Below, one piece after another: positions 1-9,573 of a DNA stretch of 64,000 nt. Source of the DNA: Dehalococcoidia bacterium (GTDB taxonomy: Bacteria > Chloroflexota > Dehalococcoidia > UBA2979); assembly GCA_965262725.1 (NCBI GenBank), contig OZ253555.1, positions 1,056,001 through 1,120,000 on the forward strand, in the 5' to 3' direction. The notes beneath the pieces were generated by a model, which was given only the letters and a program-made list of their open reading frames with translations, searched no databases and was not told where the DNA came from. Position 1 is the first letter of the stretch. Every line of letters starts with the position of its first letter. The position numbers and the translations under genes are program-made.

Positions 1-469
1 CGAGGATGAAGTTCGCCTTGTTCTCAGGACGCCACCTGCGGACGGATGCGCCGACGTGTCGGACGGCAATCTGCCTATCGGTGGACGCCCGGTCAGGGGC
101 GACTGTAACCGGCACGACCCGGGGGGCTGCGAAAGGTCCGCTCGCGTGCAGTAGCCGCTCAACGACCCGCTTATATCGGCCCTCGAGAATGGCTGGCTCA
201 AGCAGGGCCTTCAGCGCGGCCAGTCGTCGGTTGCCTTCGATAACGACGTGGCGGTTCTGCCTCTGCACTGCGAGAAGCGCCTCGTTTGGGAAGTAGCCGT
301 TCCGCGCGATGCTCCGCGCGATATGGGCCGCATCTTCGTGGTCGAAGAGGTACTGCACGATGTCACGCTGCACCCTTTGGCTTGGGCCCTGACTAAGCCT
401 CGGGTTGGTCTCATCGAGTTGCAAACTGGCAACTGTAAGGCGCCTCGTCGGCCACTCAGTGTCTGACAT
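1..469 (-). CDS. ParB/Srx-like N-terminal domain protein (partial, runs off window; absent from ORF track)
   Basis: Manual translation from ATG 469 (RBS GAGGGGG): MSDTEWPTRRLTVASLQLDETNPRL...HVVIEGNRRLAALKALL. The NPR and EGNRRLAA motifs are typical of ParB-like domains. Confidence 0.7.
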   Translation of the reverse strand, partial: MSDTEWPTRRLTVASLQLDETNPRLSQGPSQRVQRDIVQYLFDHEDAAHIARSIARNGYFPNEALLAVQRQNRHVVIEGNRRLAALKALLEPAILEGRYKRVVERLLHASGPFAAPRVVPVTVAPDRASTDRQIAVRHVGASVRRWRPENKANFIL

Positions 470-580
470 CGGACCCCCTCACGGTCGCTCGGTCGCACTA
501 GGCACCACAACATCGGCGACGCCAAGCATAGAAGCACGTCCTCGAAGGTCAAAGAGGCTGCGTATGGTGAGGCTTGGAGC

Positions 581-1094
581 TTGGTCACATACCACGGCGA
601 CACGTATCGCGGCCAGCACGAGCCGATCGTGACCGAGCAGCGCTACCAGCAAGTGCAGGCGCGGCTCAGGACCCTCGATGACCAGATACGCGCCGCCACA
701 GAGGCGTGCGTGTGCACCTTCGTACGAAGAGGCGGCGACGCTGTTTGCAGATATGCCGGGGCTGTGGAAGAGGGCAGACCGCGCCGAACAACGGCGGCTG
801 CTCCGACCGCTGATCGAGCGCGCCTACCTGGATATCGACTCAGGTCTCAGCGGCGGGATCACGCCGACGCCGGGATTCGGAGTACTCCTCGATCACGCGC
901 TCGAGCGCGCCGAGTCGTCGCGAATCGTGATCCTCACGTCCCAGGAGACACGCGAGAATACGTCGCGGTTAGGGATGGTGGAGACGGGGGAGGGCTCAAC
1001 TCCCGTATCCCTACGTGTCGTCTTCGTCCGCCCCCACTTGCTTCGGCCAAGCTGGGCCGCGTGTGGACTAGCGTGGAGGTCCAACGTGGCGTAG
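581..1094 (+). pseudogene. Large serine recombinase remnant (internally deleted/frameshifted)
   Basis: YRGQHEPIVTEQRYQQVQARL (recombinase domain end) is followed in another frame by a C-terminal segment LWKRADRAEQRRLLRPLIERAYLD...MVETGEG. No catalytic N-terminus. Confidence 0.65.
976..1006 (-). other. tmRNA (ssrA) 3'-end-like attachment site inside the recombinase 3' end
   Basis: TGGTGGAGACGGGGGAG has reverse complement CTCCCCCGTCTCCACCA, a CCA-ending acceptor strand like tmRNA 3' ends. Confidence 0.55.
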
Positions 1095-1206
1095 GGCCGG
1101 CTGCCTGCGGCCTTTCACGGGTGAGGGGTGATTCGTGCGAGGGCTTTGCGGGGGGTCGGCCCGCTCCCATGCTATGGCGCCCCGGGAGCAGCGAGCGTGT
1201 CGCTCG

Positions 1207-1606
1207 TCAACCTGCCCGCGGCTCGGCCGCAGTTGCCACCCACAAGTACGCCGCGATCTGTAGTACGAGCGCCGCATCTGCCTTCTGAGCCCAACGAACC
1301 TGCCCGTGAAGGTATCGGTTTCGGAGGTTCAGACCAGTGGATTCAGTCAGCACCACGAGCATAGGCTGCTGCCATCGATTCGGAAGCAACTGCTCAGGGA
1401 TCTCGCGGGTGATCGCTGCCAGCATCTTCTCGTGGCCGTCGCGCCCGGGCCGAGGGTCGTTGTAGACGACTCCGCCGGCCGCCCTCGATGCGCGACAGAG
1501 CGACTTGGATCGCTCGTTCGATGCGGTCGTTCCAGTAGTCAACGAGAGCCCCCGCGAACGCGTCAGCTACCCACGGCTGGCGGAACCCGCCCGCGAACGA
1601 GTTCAA
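1207..1606 (-). pseudogene. DUF4209-like protein fragment, truncated at the IS21 end and frameshifted
   Basis: GLNLRNRYLHG motif (HEPN-like NLRNxxxHG); two frames; 5' part ends at the IS21 terminus at 1607. Confidence 0.45.
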
Positions 1607-2275
1607 TGTCGTTAACCAGGACCTATGGCCCACCCGTCATCACGACCTTTGGCCCACCCCGTTCGAGGCCCCTGACCGCCCTGGCCGGTACAGCGGCGTG
1701 GTATCAGCGTACGTCTGTCGAGTCAATCGCCTCCTCCCCTGCGGTCCCCGCGAGCAGGGACCGGTGCGGGGAGAGTCGCTGGCGGTAGCTCTCCCCCTCG
1801 ATGACGATCTGGTAGGCGGCGTTGGCGAGCCGGTCGAGGGCGCTGTTGCCCAGGCTCGGGTCGTCGAAGAGTCCCAGCCACTCGTCGACGCCGCGGTTGG
1901 AGGTCACCACCAGGCTCGACCGCCGGTGGCGACCGACCACCAGTTCGTAGAAGTCGATCGACTGCTGCGCGGTGAGGCGATGGAGCCCCAGGTCGTCGAT
2001 GATCACCAGGTCGGGCGCGAGGAAACTCTTGCCGACGCCGACCGGGCCGACCAGCAGCACGTGCTCGCGGCGGTCGAGAAACTGCAGCGAGAAGGCGGCG
2101 TCGAGCAGCCGGCGGTCGAGCCGGACCTGCGCCGACCAGTCGAAGTCCTCGAGGCGGCAGCGCTCGTCGAAGCCGGCCTGGTGGAGGCGCAGCTCGAGGC
2201 GGCCGTGGTCGCGCCGGCTGACCTCGTCAGAGAGCAGGATGTGCAGGAAGTCGCCGTAGTCGAGCTTCAGGCTCC
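1607..2275 (-). mobile_element. istB: IS21-family remnant: terminal end plus internally deleted istB ATPase
   Basis: The end starts TGTCGTTAACC at 1607, with subterminal repeats GACCT(A/T)TGGCCCACCC at 1620 and 1644. IstB motifs LEDFDW, GPVGVGKS, IIDDLG, TSNR, ALDRL are present. The segment between Walker A and B is missing; istA is absent. Confidence 0.8.
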
Positions 2276-2452
2276 ACCAGCGGGTTGACTCGCTCCTTGC
2301 GAGCCGTCGTCTGTCGCGGCAAGGTGACACGCTGCTCGCTTCGGACGACGACCTGACGTGTCCCGTGACCGACACCGATGCTTCCTAGCCCGGGCACCCA
2401 CTCTGCAGGAGTAGGTGCGCAAGAACCCGGAGATCCTAGGCGACGGCGTCGG

Positions 2453-2640
2453 GACGAGGCCAAAGGCCACGATCGGTTCTGGGACGAGGCCGCCCGGAGC
2501 CTCGCCGCGAGCCGCCTGCGTCTCCTCTTCGTCGCGGACGAGATCCCGGAGCCGCTCAAGCGCGTCGCCGAATTCCTGAACGCTCAGATACCCGGTATCG
2601 AGGTCTTCGCCGTCGAGGTGAAGCGGTTCCGGGGCGAAGG
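2453..2640 (+). pseudogene. Fragment of a restriction-endonuclease-like hypothetical protein
   Basis: FWDEAARSLAASRLRLLFVADEIPEPLKRVAEFLNAQIPGIEVFAVEVKRF resembles an internal segment of a common PD-(D/E)xK-like family; no proper start or end. Confidence 0.35.
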
Positions 2641-2670
2641 GGCAGGTGCTTGTTCCGCGCGTCTTCGGAA

Positions 2671-2707
2671 GGTCCAAACGGTCCAGCAATGGTCCAGAAT
2701 CGGTCCA
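2671..2707 (-). repeat. Phased TGGACC array (4 copies; 11,11,9-bp spacing)
   Basis: GGTCCA at 2671, 2680, 2691, 2702. The minus strand shares CCGATTCTGGACCA and TGGACCGTTTGGACC with the 22.6-kb array. Confidence 0.85.
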
Positions 2708-2775
2708 GTCCGCGTGAGCGGCTACTGCGATCGGTCGTCGCCTCAGCCGGCGGGATCCGTCAGGAAACAGCAGAT

Positions 2776-2826
2776 TCGATCAGGTTTGCACGCCGTTTGG
2801 ACCAAATCTGGACCGAAATTGCCCAC
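2776..2826 (+). repeat. Phased TGGACC-like array (2 exact plus 3 degenerate copies, 11-bp period), divergent from the 2671 array
   Basis: TCGATC 2776, TGCACG 2787, TGGACC 2798, TGGACC 2809, TGCCCA 2820. Confidence 0.6.
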
Positions 2827-3204
2827 GCATCATTGTGATCTGGGTCTTGTCGTGAGCGAGTGAAGCCACACCGCATCGTCGATTCCTCGACTGCTCGCCT
2901 CACTCTAACGACTCGCGCTGGTGGAGGTTCTCTCACGGGCATGTCGTCACGAGTGCGCTCGATCGGTACCCATCTACGATCCCCAGTCGCGAGTCCCGCA
3001 ATCACTGGCGAAGCGAGTGGATCGGGTGCATCGACGATTCCCTGTGTCCGGGAGGCTTCATGACGATCCTCGAGGCCCGTTGGCGAACACGTTGCTTCGG
3101 ACGGTGTTGCGGGAGACGTGTGGCATCGGGCAGTCGATCGGCCTTGCAACTCCAACCGCCCTCGTCGAATGTTCTCGGGCACGGTCTCCAGGAAGGTTCC
3201 CTAC

Positions 3205-4428
3205 ATGCCGCCGGCCGTTCTCGCGTGGCTCGACTATTCCGAGGGTGACCAGCGTCGGGCCCGGGAGATCGTCGCGATGTTCTCGCAGCACGAGAGTCGC
3301 GACGAACTGGGACTCGGCCGGATTCGGGACGCGCTGAGCGACACGCTCTTCCCGGGAACCTCCGTACTGCTCACCCGCGCCCGGTATCTCCTCTTCGTGC
3401 CCTGGCTGTTCCGCGAGGGGGCGCGGCGCGGTTACCGTGGCCCGGAGCTCGCTTCGTGGGTCGACGGGCAGGAGCGGCGTCTCATCGGCGCGCTGCGCAA
3501 CGGCGGCGATCTCGAGGGGCTGATCGGCCGCAACGTGGGAGCTGCCGTCCGGATCCTCCCCTCCACCATCTACTGGCCCAGCCTCAGGCGCCTCGGCATT
3601 CTGCGGCACGAGGGAACGGCGGCCCAGGTGGTGGGTCTCCGCCAGATCTCGCGCCCGCTGGACGACGCAACCGAGTTCCTCGAACGCTCCGACGCGGTCT
3701 GGGCGCCCTCGATTCCCGCGCCCCCGGGCGACTTCGCCAGCCTCACGCGCTGTGACTTTGCCCTCACGCGCGACGAGGCGACGTGGCTTGCGGAGCGGAT
3801 CGTCGCGGCCGTGCCCCGAACCCTGCTCGAGTTCCTGGTGTCCGGCGGGCACCGTCCCTCGGCCGGCGCCGCGTACGTCTGGGAGGATCCCGAGGCCGAT
3901 GCGGCGACGGGACGCGTCCGCGCCGCGCTCGACGAGGCTCGCCGCTTCGCCGTCGCGATGCACGGGGCGGCGCTTCTCTACAACGTGCTCCTGGCCGAGC
4001 GTGCCGAAGAAGTCGGTCTCTCCCGGTACGAGGGCCGCCGGGACCACTTCACCGCCAGGCTTGACGAGTGGCGTCGCGAGATGGAGGCGAGCGACGTGGG
4101 AGGCTGGAACCTGGACCGGCTGTGGACGCTGGTCGCCGAGCAGGGGAGGCCGGCTGCCCAGCGGACGCGCGCCTTCGTATCGGACTGGGTCGCCCTGGCG
4201 CTGGGTCGGAGCGGCCATGGGCTCGCGGACGATCCAGGCGCGCGAGCACTGGTCCAGAACCGGGAGCTCCATCAGAAGGGGAGCCAGGCGCGGCTCCGCA
4301 ACGACAGGCTCATGCGGCAGTGGGGGGGCGCCTCCGGCTCCGACCGCTTCACTTTCCGCTGGCCCACCGTCACGGGCCTTCTCGACGACATCGCCGACGG
4401 GCGGGAGCGCGGCCATGCTCGCGCCTGA
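3205..4428 (+). CDS. DUF6361-family protein (putative defence operon gene 1)
   Basis: AWLDYS...SRDELGLGRIRDALSDTLFPGTSVLLTRARYLLFVPW; RBS AGGAAGG before ATG 3205. Confidence 0.8.
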   Translation: MPPAVLAWLDYSEGDQRRAREIVAMFSQHESRDELGLGRIRDALSDTLFPGTSVLLTRARYLLFVPWLFREGARRGYRGPELASWVDGQERRLIGALRNGGDLEGLIGRNVGAAVRILPSTIYWPSLRRLGILRHEGTAAQVVGLRQISRPLDDATEFLERSDAVWAPSIPAPPGDFASLTRCDFALTRDEATWLAERIVAAVPRTLLEFLVSGGHRPSAGAAYVWEDPEADAATGRVRAALDEARRFAVAMHGAALLYNVLLAERAEEVGLSRYEGRRDHFTARLDEWRREMEASDVGGWNLDRLWTLVAEQGRPAAQRTRAFVSDWVALALGRSGHGLADDPGARALVQNRELHQKGSQARLRNDRLMRQWGGASGSDRFTFRWPTVTGLLDDIADGRERGHARA

Positions 4429-6217
4429 CAGCCGCGAGCTCCTGCTCGACGCGCTGAGACCGCCCCCGGGTCACTCCCTGGATCGCGCCGTCGCGACGAC
4501 GTACACGCTCGATCTCGAGACGGCTCTCATGGTCCCGCTCGCGTTCGCGGGCTTCCGGTTCGATGAAGAGCAGGATCCCGTTGAGGTCATGGAGGCCCTG
4601 CGCGAGATGGGCGGACGGGTCGACATCTTCTGTCAGGCAGGCGCCATCGCCGCCGGTAGGTGGCCGTCCGATCTAGTGGCGCTGCTCGAGAACGTCATCC
4701 GCGAGGTGGGGCGCCCGCGGCCGGGCCACATCTTCCACCCGAAGGTATGGGTGCTGCGGTTTCTCGATCGGTCGGAGGAGCCCTCCTACCGACTCCTCGT
4801 GCTCTCCCGGAACCTCACCGCCGATCGCAGCTGGGACACGATCCTCTGGCTCGACGGGCGGCCCGAGGGGCTGCCCGTCCCCGGCAATGCGCCGCTCGCG
4901 CAGTTCGTTGCCGCGCTTCCCGGGTTGACGCGGACGCGGTTGCCGCTCGACCGCCGGGCGGTCCTGAGGGAGCTCGCCGAGGAGCTCGGGCGGGTGCGCT
5001 GGGACCTGCCTCCGGGCGTTCGCGAGGTCCGCTTCCATCCCATCGGACTTCGGGGCTCGAGCCCGTTTCCGGCCGACGAGCACTACAGCGACCGCCGGGC
5101 GCTCGTGGTCTCGCCGTTCGTCCGGCGCGGCGCGATCCGGCGCCTCCTCCGGCCCGAGGCCGTCCGCCCGTCCGTCCTGATCTCTCGCGGCGAGGAGCTC
5201 GATGCACTCCCCGAGGGCGCGCTCGACGGCCTGGATGTCTACGAGCTCGATCCGGCGGCGAGCCTCTCCGACGATGACGCCGGCGAGGGGACGCGCCCGG
5301 CCTTCCTCACGCACCTGCACGCGAAACTCTTCGTCGTCGAGCGCGCCCGGCTCGCCCATCTCTTCGTCGGCTCGGCGAACGCGACGGACGCGGGCCTCGG
5401 CGGCAACATCGAGTTTCTCTGCGAGCTCGTCGGGCCAGTCGCGAAACTCGGGGTCGACGCGGTTGCCGGCGACGATGCGCCGTTTCGCGGCATGCTGACG
5501 CCGTACGTCGCCTCCGAGCGGCCGGCTGACGGCGAAGCCGTCGCGGCAGGGCGCGCGCTCGAGGGTCTGCTTCTCGACATCGCCACGCAGGTCCGCTTCC
5601 GCACCACCGTCACGAGACGGAGCGATGGATGGGTGTCGCGCATCACATCCGATGCGCCGCCCCCGCACATCCCCGACGGTACGAGCCTGACGATCGCCCC
5701 CCACAACCGCCCGGCCGAAACGCACGCGCTCACTCCCGTGGAGCCCGCCGACTTCGAGCTGCCTCCCCGGGACCTCGCGGACATCACTCCGTTCCTTCAG
5801 CTCACGGCGCGCCGGACGGTCGAGCGGGAGGTAGTGGAGCGCTCGGCCGTCATCTGCTCGCGGCTCGACGGTGCGCCGGACGACCGCTTCCAGGAGATCC
5901 TGGCCCGGCAGATCGACACGCCGGAGAAGTTCCTGCGGCTGCTCGCCCTGCTGATCGGCTTCGCCTCGGTGAGCAGCGGCGACGTCGGCGTGACGGGCGA
6001 TGGAGCCGCGAGCTGGTCGGCCGGCGCCGGGCAGGGCGTCCTCGAGCTGCTCGCGCGCGCCCTCTCCGAGAGGCCCGAGTCCATCGATCACCTGGAATCG
6101 ATTGTCGAGCACCTCCGCCGGTCGCCGAGCGGGAGAGGGGTCCTTCCTCCGGGCTGGGAGGACGTGTGGCAGCCGGCGCTCGAGGCGCGGCGCGCGATGC
6201 TGGCAGCCGGCTCGTGA
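4415..6217 (+). CDS. Phospholipase D-superfamily nuclease-like protein (gene 2)
   Basis: Two HxK motifs (FHPKVW...SRNLT; LHAKLF...GSANAT); overlaps both neighbours. Confidence 0.8.
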   Translation: MLAPDSRELLLDALRPPPGHSLDRAVATTYTLDLETALMVPLAFAGFRFDEEQDPVEVMEALREMGGRVDIFCQAGAIAAGRWPSDLVALLENVIREVGRPRPGHIFHPKVWVLRFLDRSEEPSYRLLVLSRNLTADRSWDTILWLDGRPEGLPVPGNAPLAQFVAALPGLTRTRLPLDRRAVLRELAEELGRVRWDLPPGVREVRFHPIGLRGSSPFPADEHYSDRRALVVSPFVRRGAIRRLLRPEAVRPSVLISRGEELDALPEGALDGLDVYELDPAASLSDDDAGEGTRPAFLTHLHAKLFVVERARLAHLFVGSANATDAGLGGNIEFLCELVGPVAKLGVDAVAGDDAPFRGMLTPYVASERPADGEAVAAGRALEGLLLDIATQVRFRTTVTRRSDGWVSRITSDAPPPHIPDGTSLTIAPHNRPAETHALTPVEPADFELPPRDLADITPFLQLTARRTVEREVVERSAVICSRLDGAPDDRFQEILARQIDTPEKFLRLLALLIGFASVSSGDVGVTGDGAASWSAGAGQGVLELLARALSERPESIDHLESIVEHLRRSPSGRGVLPPGWEDVWQPALEARRAMLAAGS

Positions 6218-9200
6218 CGCGGGAGGCCCGGGAAGGCCGCGTGGCCGCTCTCAGCGACTTCCAGCGAGCGACCGCTCGGCACGCGTTCAGGCGCCTCTAT
6301 CTCGACGAGGACTCGTCGCGGCGCTTTCTGGTGGCCGATGAGACGGGGCTGGGCAAGACGCACGTCGCGAAGGAGGTCATCGCCCTCACCCTCGATCACC
6401 TGCAGCGGGTCGACCACGTGAAGCGCATCGACATCGTCTACGTGTGCTCCAACGCGGACATCGCCCGCCAGAACATCCGCAAGCTCACCATCACGGGTTC
6501 GGAGAGCCCGAGCTTCGCGACGCGGCTGAGCCTCTTGATCACGCAGCCGGACGTGCTGACGCCCGCACCCGGCAAGGGGAAGCCGGCGACCTTCGTCGCG
6601 TTCACGCCGGCCACGTCCTTCCAGTTCGGACTACAGATGGGGACGGCGCGGGAGCGGGCCGTGCTCTACGTGCTCCTGCGCGATCACCTGGGACTCCGGG
6701 GGGCACGGGCGACGGCGGCGGAGCGGATCTTCCAGGGAGGTGTGACCAATCGGCGCAGATTCATCGACTGGTACGTCGCGTCCGTGCGCGCACGGCGCTT
6801 CGAGCCCAGCATCCACCGGACGTTCCTTGAGGAGTTCGACGAGAGTCCCGAGCGGGCCTCGCTCGTCTCCCTGATCGGGGAGGTCGCCGGACGGCGGGCT
6901 CTGACCGGTGGCCAGCGCGGCGCGGCACGCGTGATCGTCGGCGCTTTGCGCCGGATGCTCGCACGCGCAGCCGTGCGTGCCCTCGAGCCGGATCTCGTCA
7001 TCCTGGACGAGTTCCAGCGCTTCCGGAATCTGCTCGACGTGAAGACCGGCGGCGAGGCGGCCGAGCTCGCCCACGATTTCTTCACGCAATCCGACGCGCA
7101 CGTGCTGTTGCTCTCGGCCACGCCGTACAAGCCGTTCACGTACGCGGAGGAGACCGCGGAGGGTGCCGGTCACTACGAGGACTTCCTGAAGACGCTGGAG
7201 TTCCTCGCCGCGTCCGAGGGGCCATTGGACGCCCTGCGCTCAGATCTCGACGCGCTCAGGCAGGCGGCGCTCTCGGGCGAGCCGACGGCCGCGATCCGGG
7301 ACCGCGTGCAGAACCGGCTGCGGAGGTGGATCGCTCGCACGGAGCGGCCCGCAGGCGCCCGGCGCACCACGACCCTCGACATGACCACGGGTTCGTTCGG
7401 TGTCCGGGCGGAGGACTTCTCGGGCTGGGTCGCCCTCAAGCGCGTCGCGGACGAGGTCCGGGGGCCGCTCAGCGTCGAGTACTGGAAGTCGTCCCCCTAC
7501 TTCCTCAACTTCCTGAGCGGCTATCGCGTGGGCGAGCGCGTGCGCGACCACATGAAGGTGCCGGATCGCCGGGCTCGCCTGATGCCGCTGTTCCGTGGCG
7601 CGCAGCGGATCGCGAGGTCCGACGTGGAGGGATTCCAGCCGCTCGAGTGGGCGAACGCTCGCATGCGCGCCCTGGCCGCGGAGACGCTGGAGCAGGGCTG
7701 GTGGCGATTGCTCTGGATGCCACCGTCCATTCCCTACCACTCGCTCGGCGGCCCGTACGAGTCGGTCGAGCCGGCCGCGATCACCAAGCAGCTCATCTTC
7801 TCCAGCTGGGTGGCCGCTCCCTCGGCCATCGCCTCCCTCCTGAGCTACGAGGTCCAGCGGCGCATCTTCGCGGGCTCCGGGCCGGCCGAGAACACGCCCG
7901 CGGCCCGGGCGGCAATCTCGAGCCGCCTCGACTACCGGACGGTGGATGAGCGGCCCGCCTCGATGTCGGTGCTCGCTCTGTTCTGGCCGCAGCCGGCGCT
8001 CGCCTCGCGCACCGACGCGCTCGACGCTGCTCGTGACCACACCGGGCCGCCGAGCGTGGAACGTCTGCTCGAATGGGCGCGCGGCCGCGTCGGGGCCCTC
8101 GTCGGCCCGGCCGGTGACGCGAGCTCCACGGCGAGCGCGGCCTGGTACTGGTTCGCGCCGGTGCGCGCCGAGCGGCGCGGCGCCCTCGCATCGGCGCTCC
8201 TCGCGGAGCCGCGGAGCATTCAGGCCGAGGCACTGGCGGGAGTCTCTCCCGAGCACGCGCCGGACGTGCCGCGTGCGCTGGACGCGCACGTCGAGCAGGT
8301 GTTCCGGGCCCTCGACGACTGGACGCCGGAGTCGGAGCGGCCGGCGGACCTGCTCGTGACGAGCGCGCTTCTCGGAGTGGGGGCCCCGGGGAACATCGCG
8401 TGGCGCGCGCTCAACCGGCTGCGGCGGGCGGACGACCGGGTCACCGAGCTGGGGCGGTGGCGTGCGGCGGCGATCCTTGCCTCCGGGCTGCGGAGCCTGT
8501 TCGCCCGGGCCGACGCGATGCGCCTCCTCGACAGCGTCTACGCGGGCTCGGGCGGTACGCGCGAGGACGACGGTGCGTACTGGCGCCGGGTCGCCCGCTA
8601 CTGCATCGACGGAGGACTCCAGGCCGTCCTCGACGAGTACGTCCACCACCTCGCCGGAGAATCAGGGGTCGACACGACAACCGATGAGGGGCTGATCTCG
8701 CTGGCCGCGACCGCGCGGCGCGCGATCGCCCTCAGGGAGTCGGTCTACCGCGCGACCGACATCGATCGCTTCGACGGCGAGGGAATCGCGTTCCCGAGCC
8801 GGTACGCGCTGCGGTTCGGCAGCACGCGCTACACCCAGGACGAAGCCAGGCTCCCCGAGGTCAGGGCTGCCTTCAACTCGCCGTTCTGGCCGTTCGTGCT
8901 CGCGACCACGTCGGTCGGCCAGGAGGGAATCGACTTCCACTGGTGGTGCCACTCGATCGTCCACTGGAACCTTCCCGCCAACCCCGTCGACTTCGAGCAG
9001 CGTGAGGGCCGGGTGGATCGCTACAAGGGTCACGCGATCCGCAAGAACGTCGCCGCCGCCCACCGATCGGCGGCCCTGGCTCCGGGAGTCACGGATCCCT
9101 GGATGGCGGTCTTCGACGCCGCCGCGGCAGAAGATGACCACGGCCTGGGCGACCTCACCCCCTGCTGGATATATCCGGGCGATGCCCGGCTCCAGCGGCG

Positions 9201-9405
9201 AATCATGGCGCTTCCCCTGAGTCGCGATGAGGAGCGATGGGCCCGGCTGCAGGAGTCGCTGGCGCTCTATCGACTGGCGTTCGGCCAGCCGAGGCAGGAG
9301 GACATGCTGGCCGCGCTACAGCGTCGCGGCATCGCCGGGCAGCCGGAGCGGATCGCCGACATCCGGATCGACCTCAGGCCGCCCGCTCCGCAAGCGATCC
9401 CCTGA
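6214..9405 (+). CDS. SF2 (SNF2-like) helicase (gene 3)
   Basis: ADETGLGKT Walker A, DEFQ Walker B, LSATP, TSVGQEGID, EQREGRVDR; GTGA start/stop overlap with the PLD gene. Confidence 0.88.
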   Translation: MTREAREGRVAALSDFQRATARHAFRRLYLDEDSSRRFLVADETGLGKTHVAKEVIALTLDHLQRVDHVKRIDIVYVCSNADIARQNIRKLTITGSESPSFATRLSLLITQPDVLTPAPGKGKPATFVAFTPATSFQFGLQMGTARERAVLYVLLRDHLGLRGARATAAERIFQGGVTNRRRFIDWYVASVRARRFEPSIHRTFLEEFDESPERASLVSLIGEVAGRRALTGGQRGAARVIVGALRRMLARAAVRALEPDLVILDEFQRFRNLLDVKTGGEAAELAHDFFTQSDAHVLLLSATPYKPFTYAEETAEGAGHYEDFLKTLEFLAASEGPLDALRSDLDALRQAALSGEPTAAIRDRVQNRLRRWIARTERPAGARRTTTLDMTTGSFGVRAEDFSGWVALKRVADEVRGPLSVEYWKSSPYFLNFLSGYRVGERVRDHMKVPDRRARLMPLFRGAQRIARSDVEGFQPLEWANARMRALAAETLEQGWWRLLWMPPSIPYHSLGGPYESVEPAAITKQLIFSSWVAAPSAIASLLSYEVQRRIFAGSGPAENTPAARAAISSRLDYRTVDERPASMSVLALFWPQPALASRTDALDAARDHTGPPSVERLLEWARGRVGALVGPAGDASSTASAAWYWFAPVRAERRGALASALLAEPRSIQAEALAGVSPEHAPDVPRALDAHVEQVFRALDDWTPESERPADLLVTSALLGVGAPGNIAWRALNRLRRADDRVTELGRWRAAAILASGLRSLFARADAMRLLDSVYAGSGGTREDDGAYWRRVARYCIDGGLQAVLDEYVHHLAGESGVDTTTDEGLISLAATARRAIALRESVYRATDIDRFDGEGIAFPSRYALRFGSTRYTQDEARLPEVRAAFNSPFWPFVLATTSVGQEGIDFHWWCHSIVHWNLPANPVDFEQREGRVDRYKGHAIRKNVAAAHRSAALAPGVTDPWMAVFDAAAAEDDHGLGDLTPCWIYPGDARLQRRIMALPLSRDEERWARLQESLALYRLAFGQPRQEDMLAALQRRGIAGQPERIADIRIDLRPPAPQAIP

Positions 9406-9573
9406 GGGGCTGCGTCGCGCAGGGTCTGCCATGCGCGCCGGCGGCGTCGCGCGCGTGCTCGGCTGCACCGATCGAGCGGTCCCCGCGGTGCCGTGACGGG
9501 CGATTGCGCCTATCGTGAGGAGGACGCGTGGGAGTGTCAGTTCCGACAGCGCATCGGCACGAGGAATGCCACG

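Noticed and set aside
976-1006. Second att site of the tRNA-Pro element
   Set aside because: The sequence differs from the tRNA-Pro 3' end (TGGTCGGGGAGACAGG) and fits a tmRNA-like end instead; no tRNA-Pro duplicate was found in the window.
2860-3200. ORFs or ncRNA upstream of the DUF6361 gene
   Set aside because: No recognisable motifs or convincing structure by eye.
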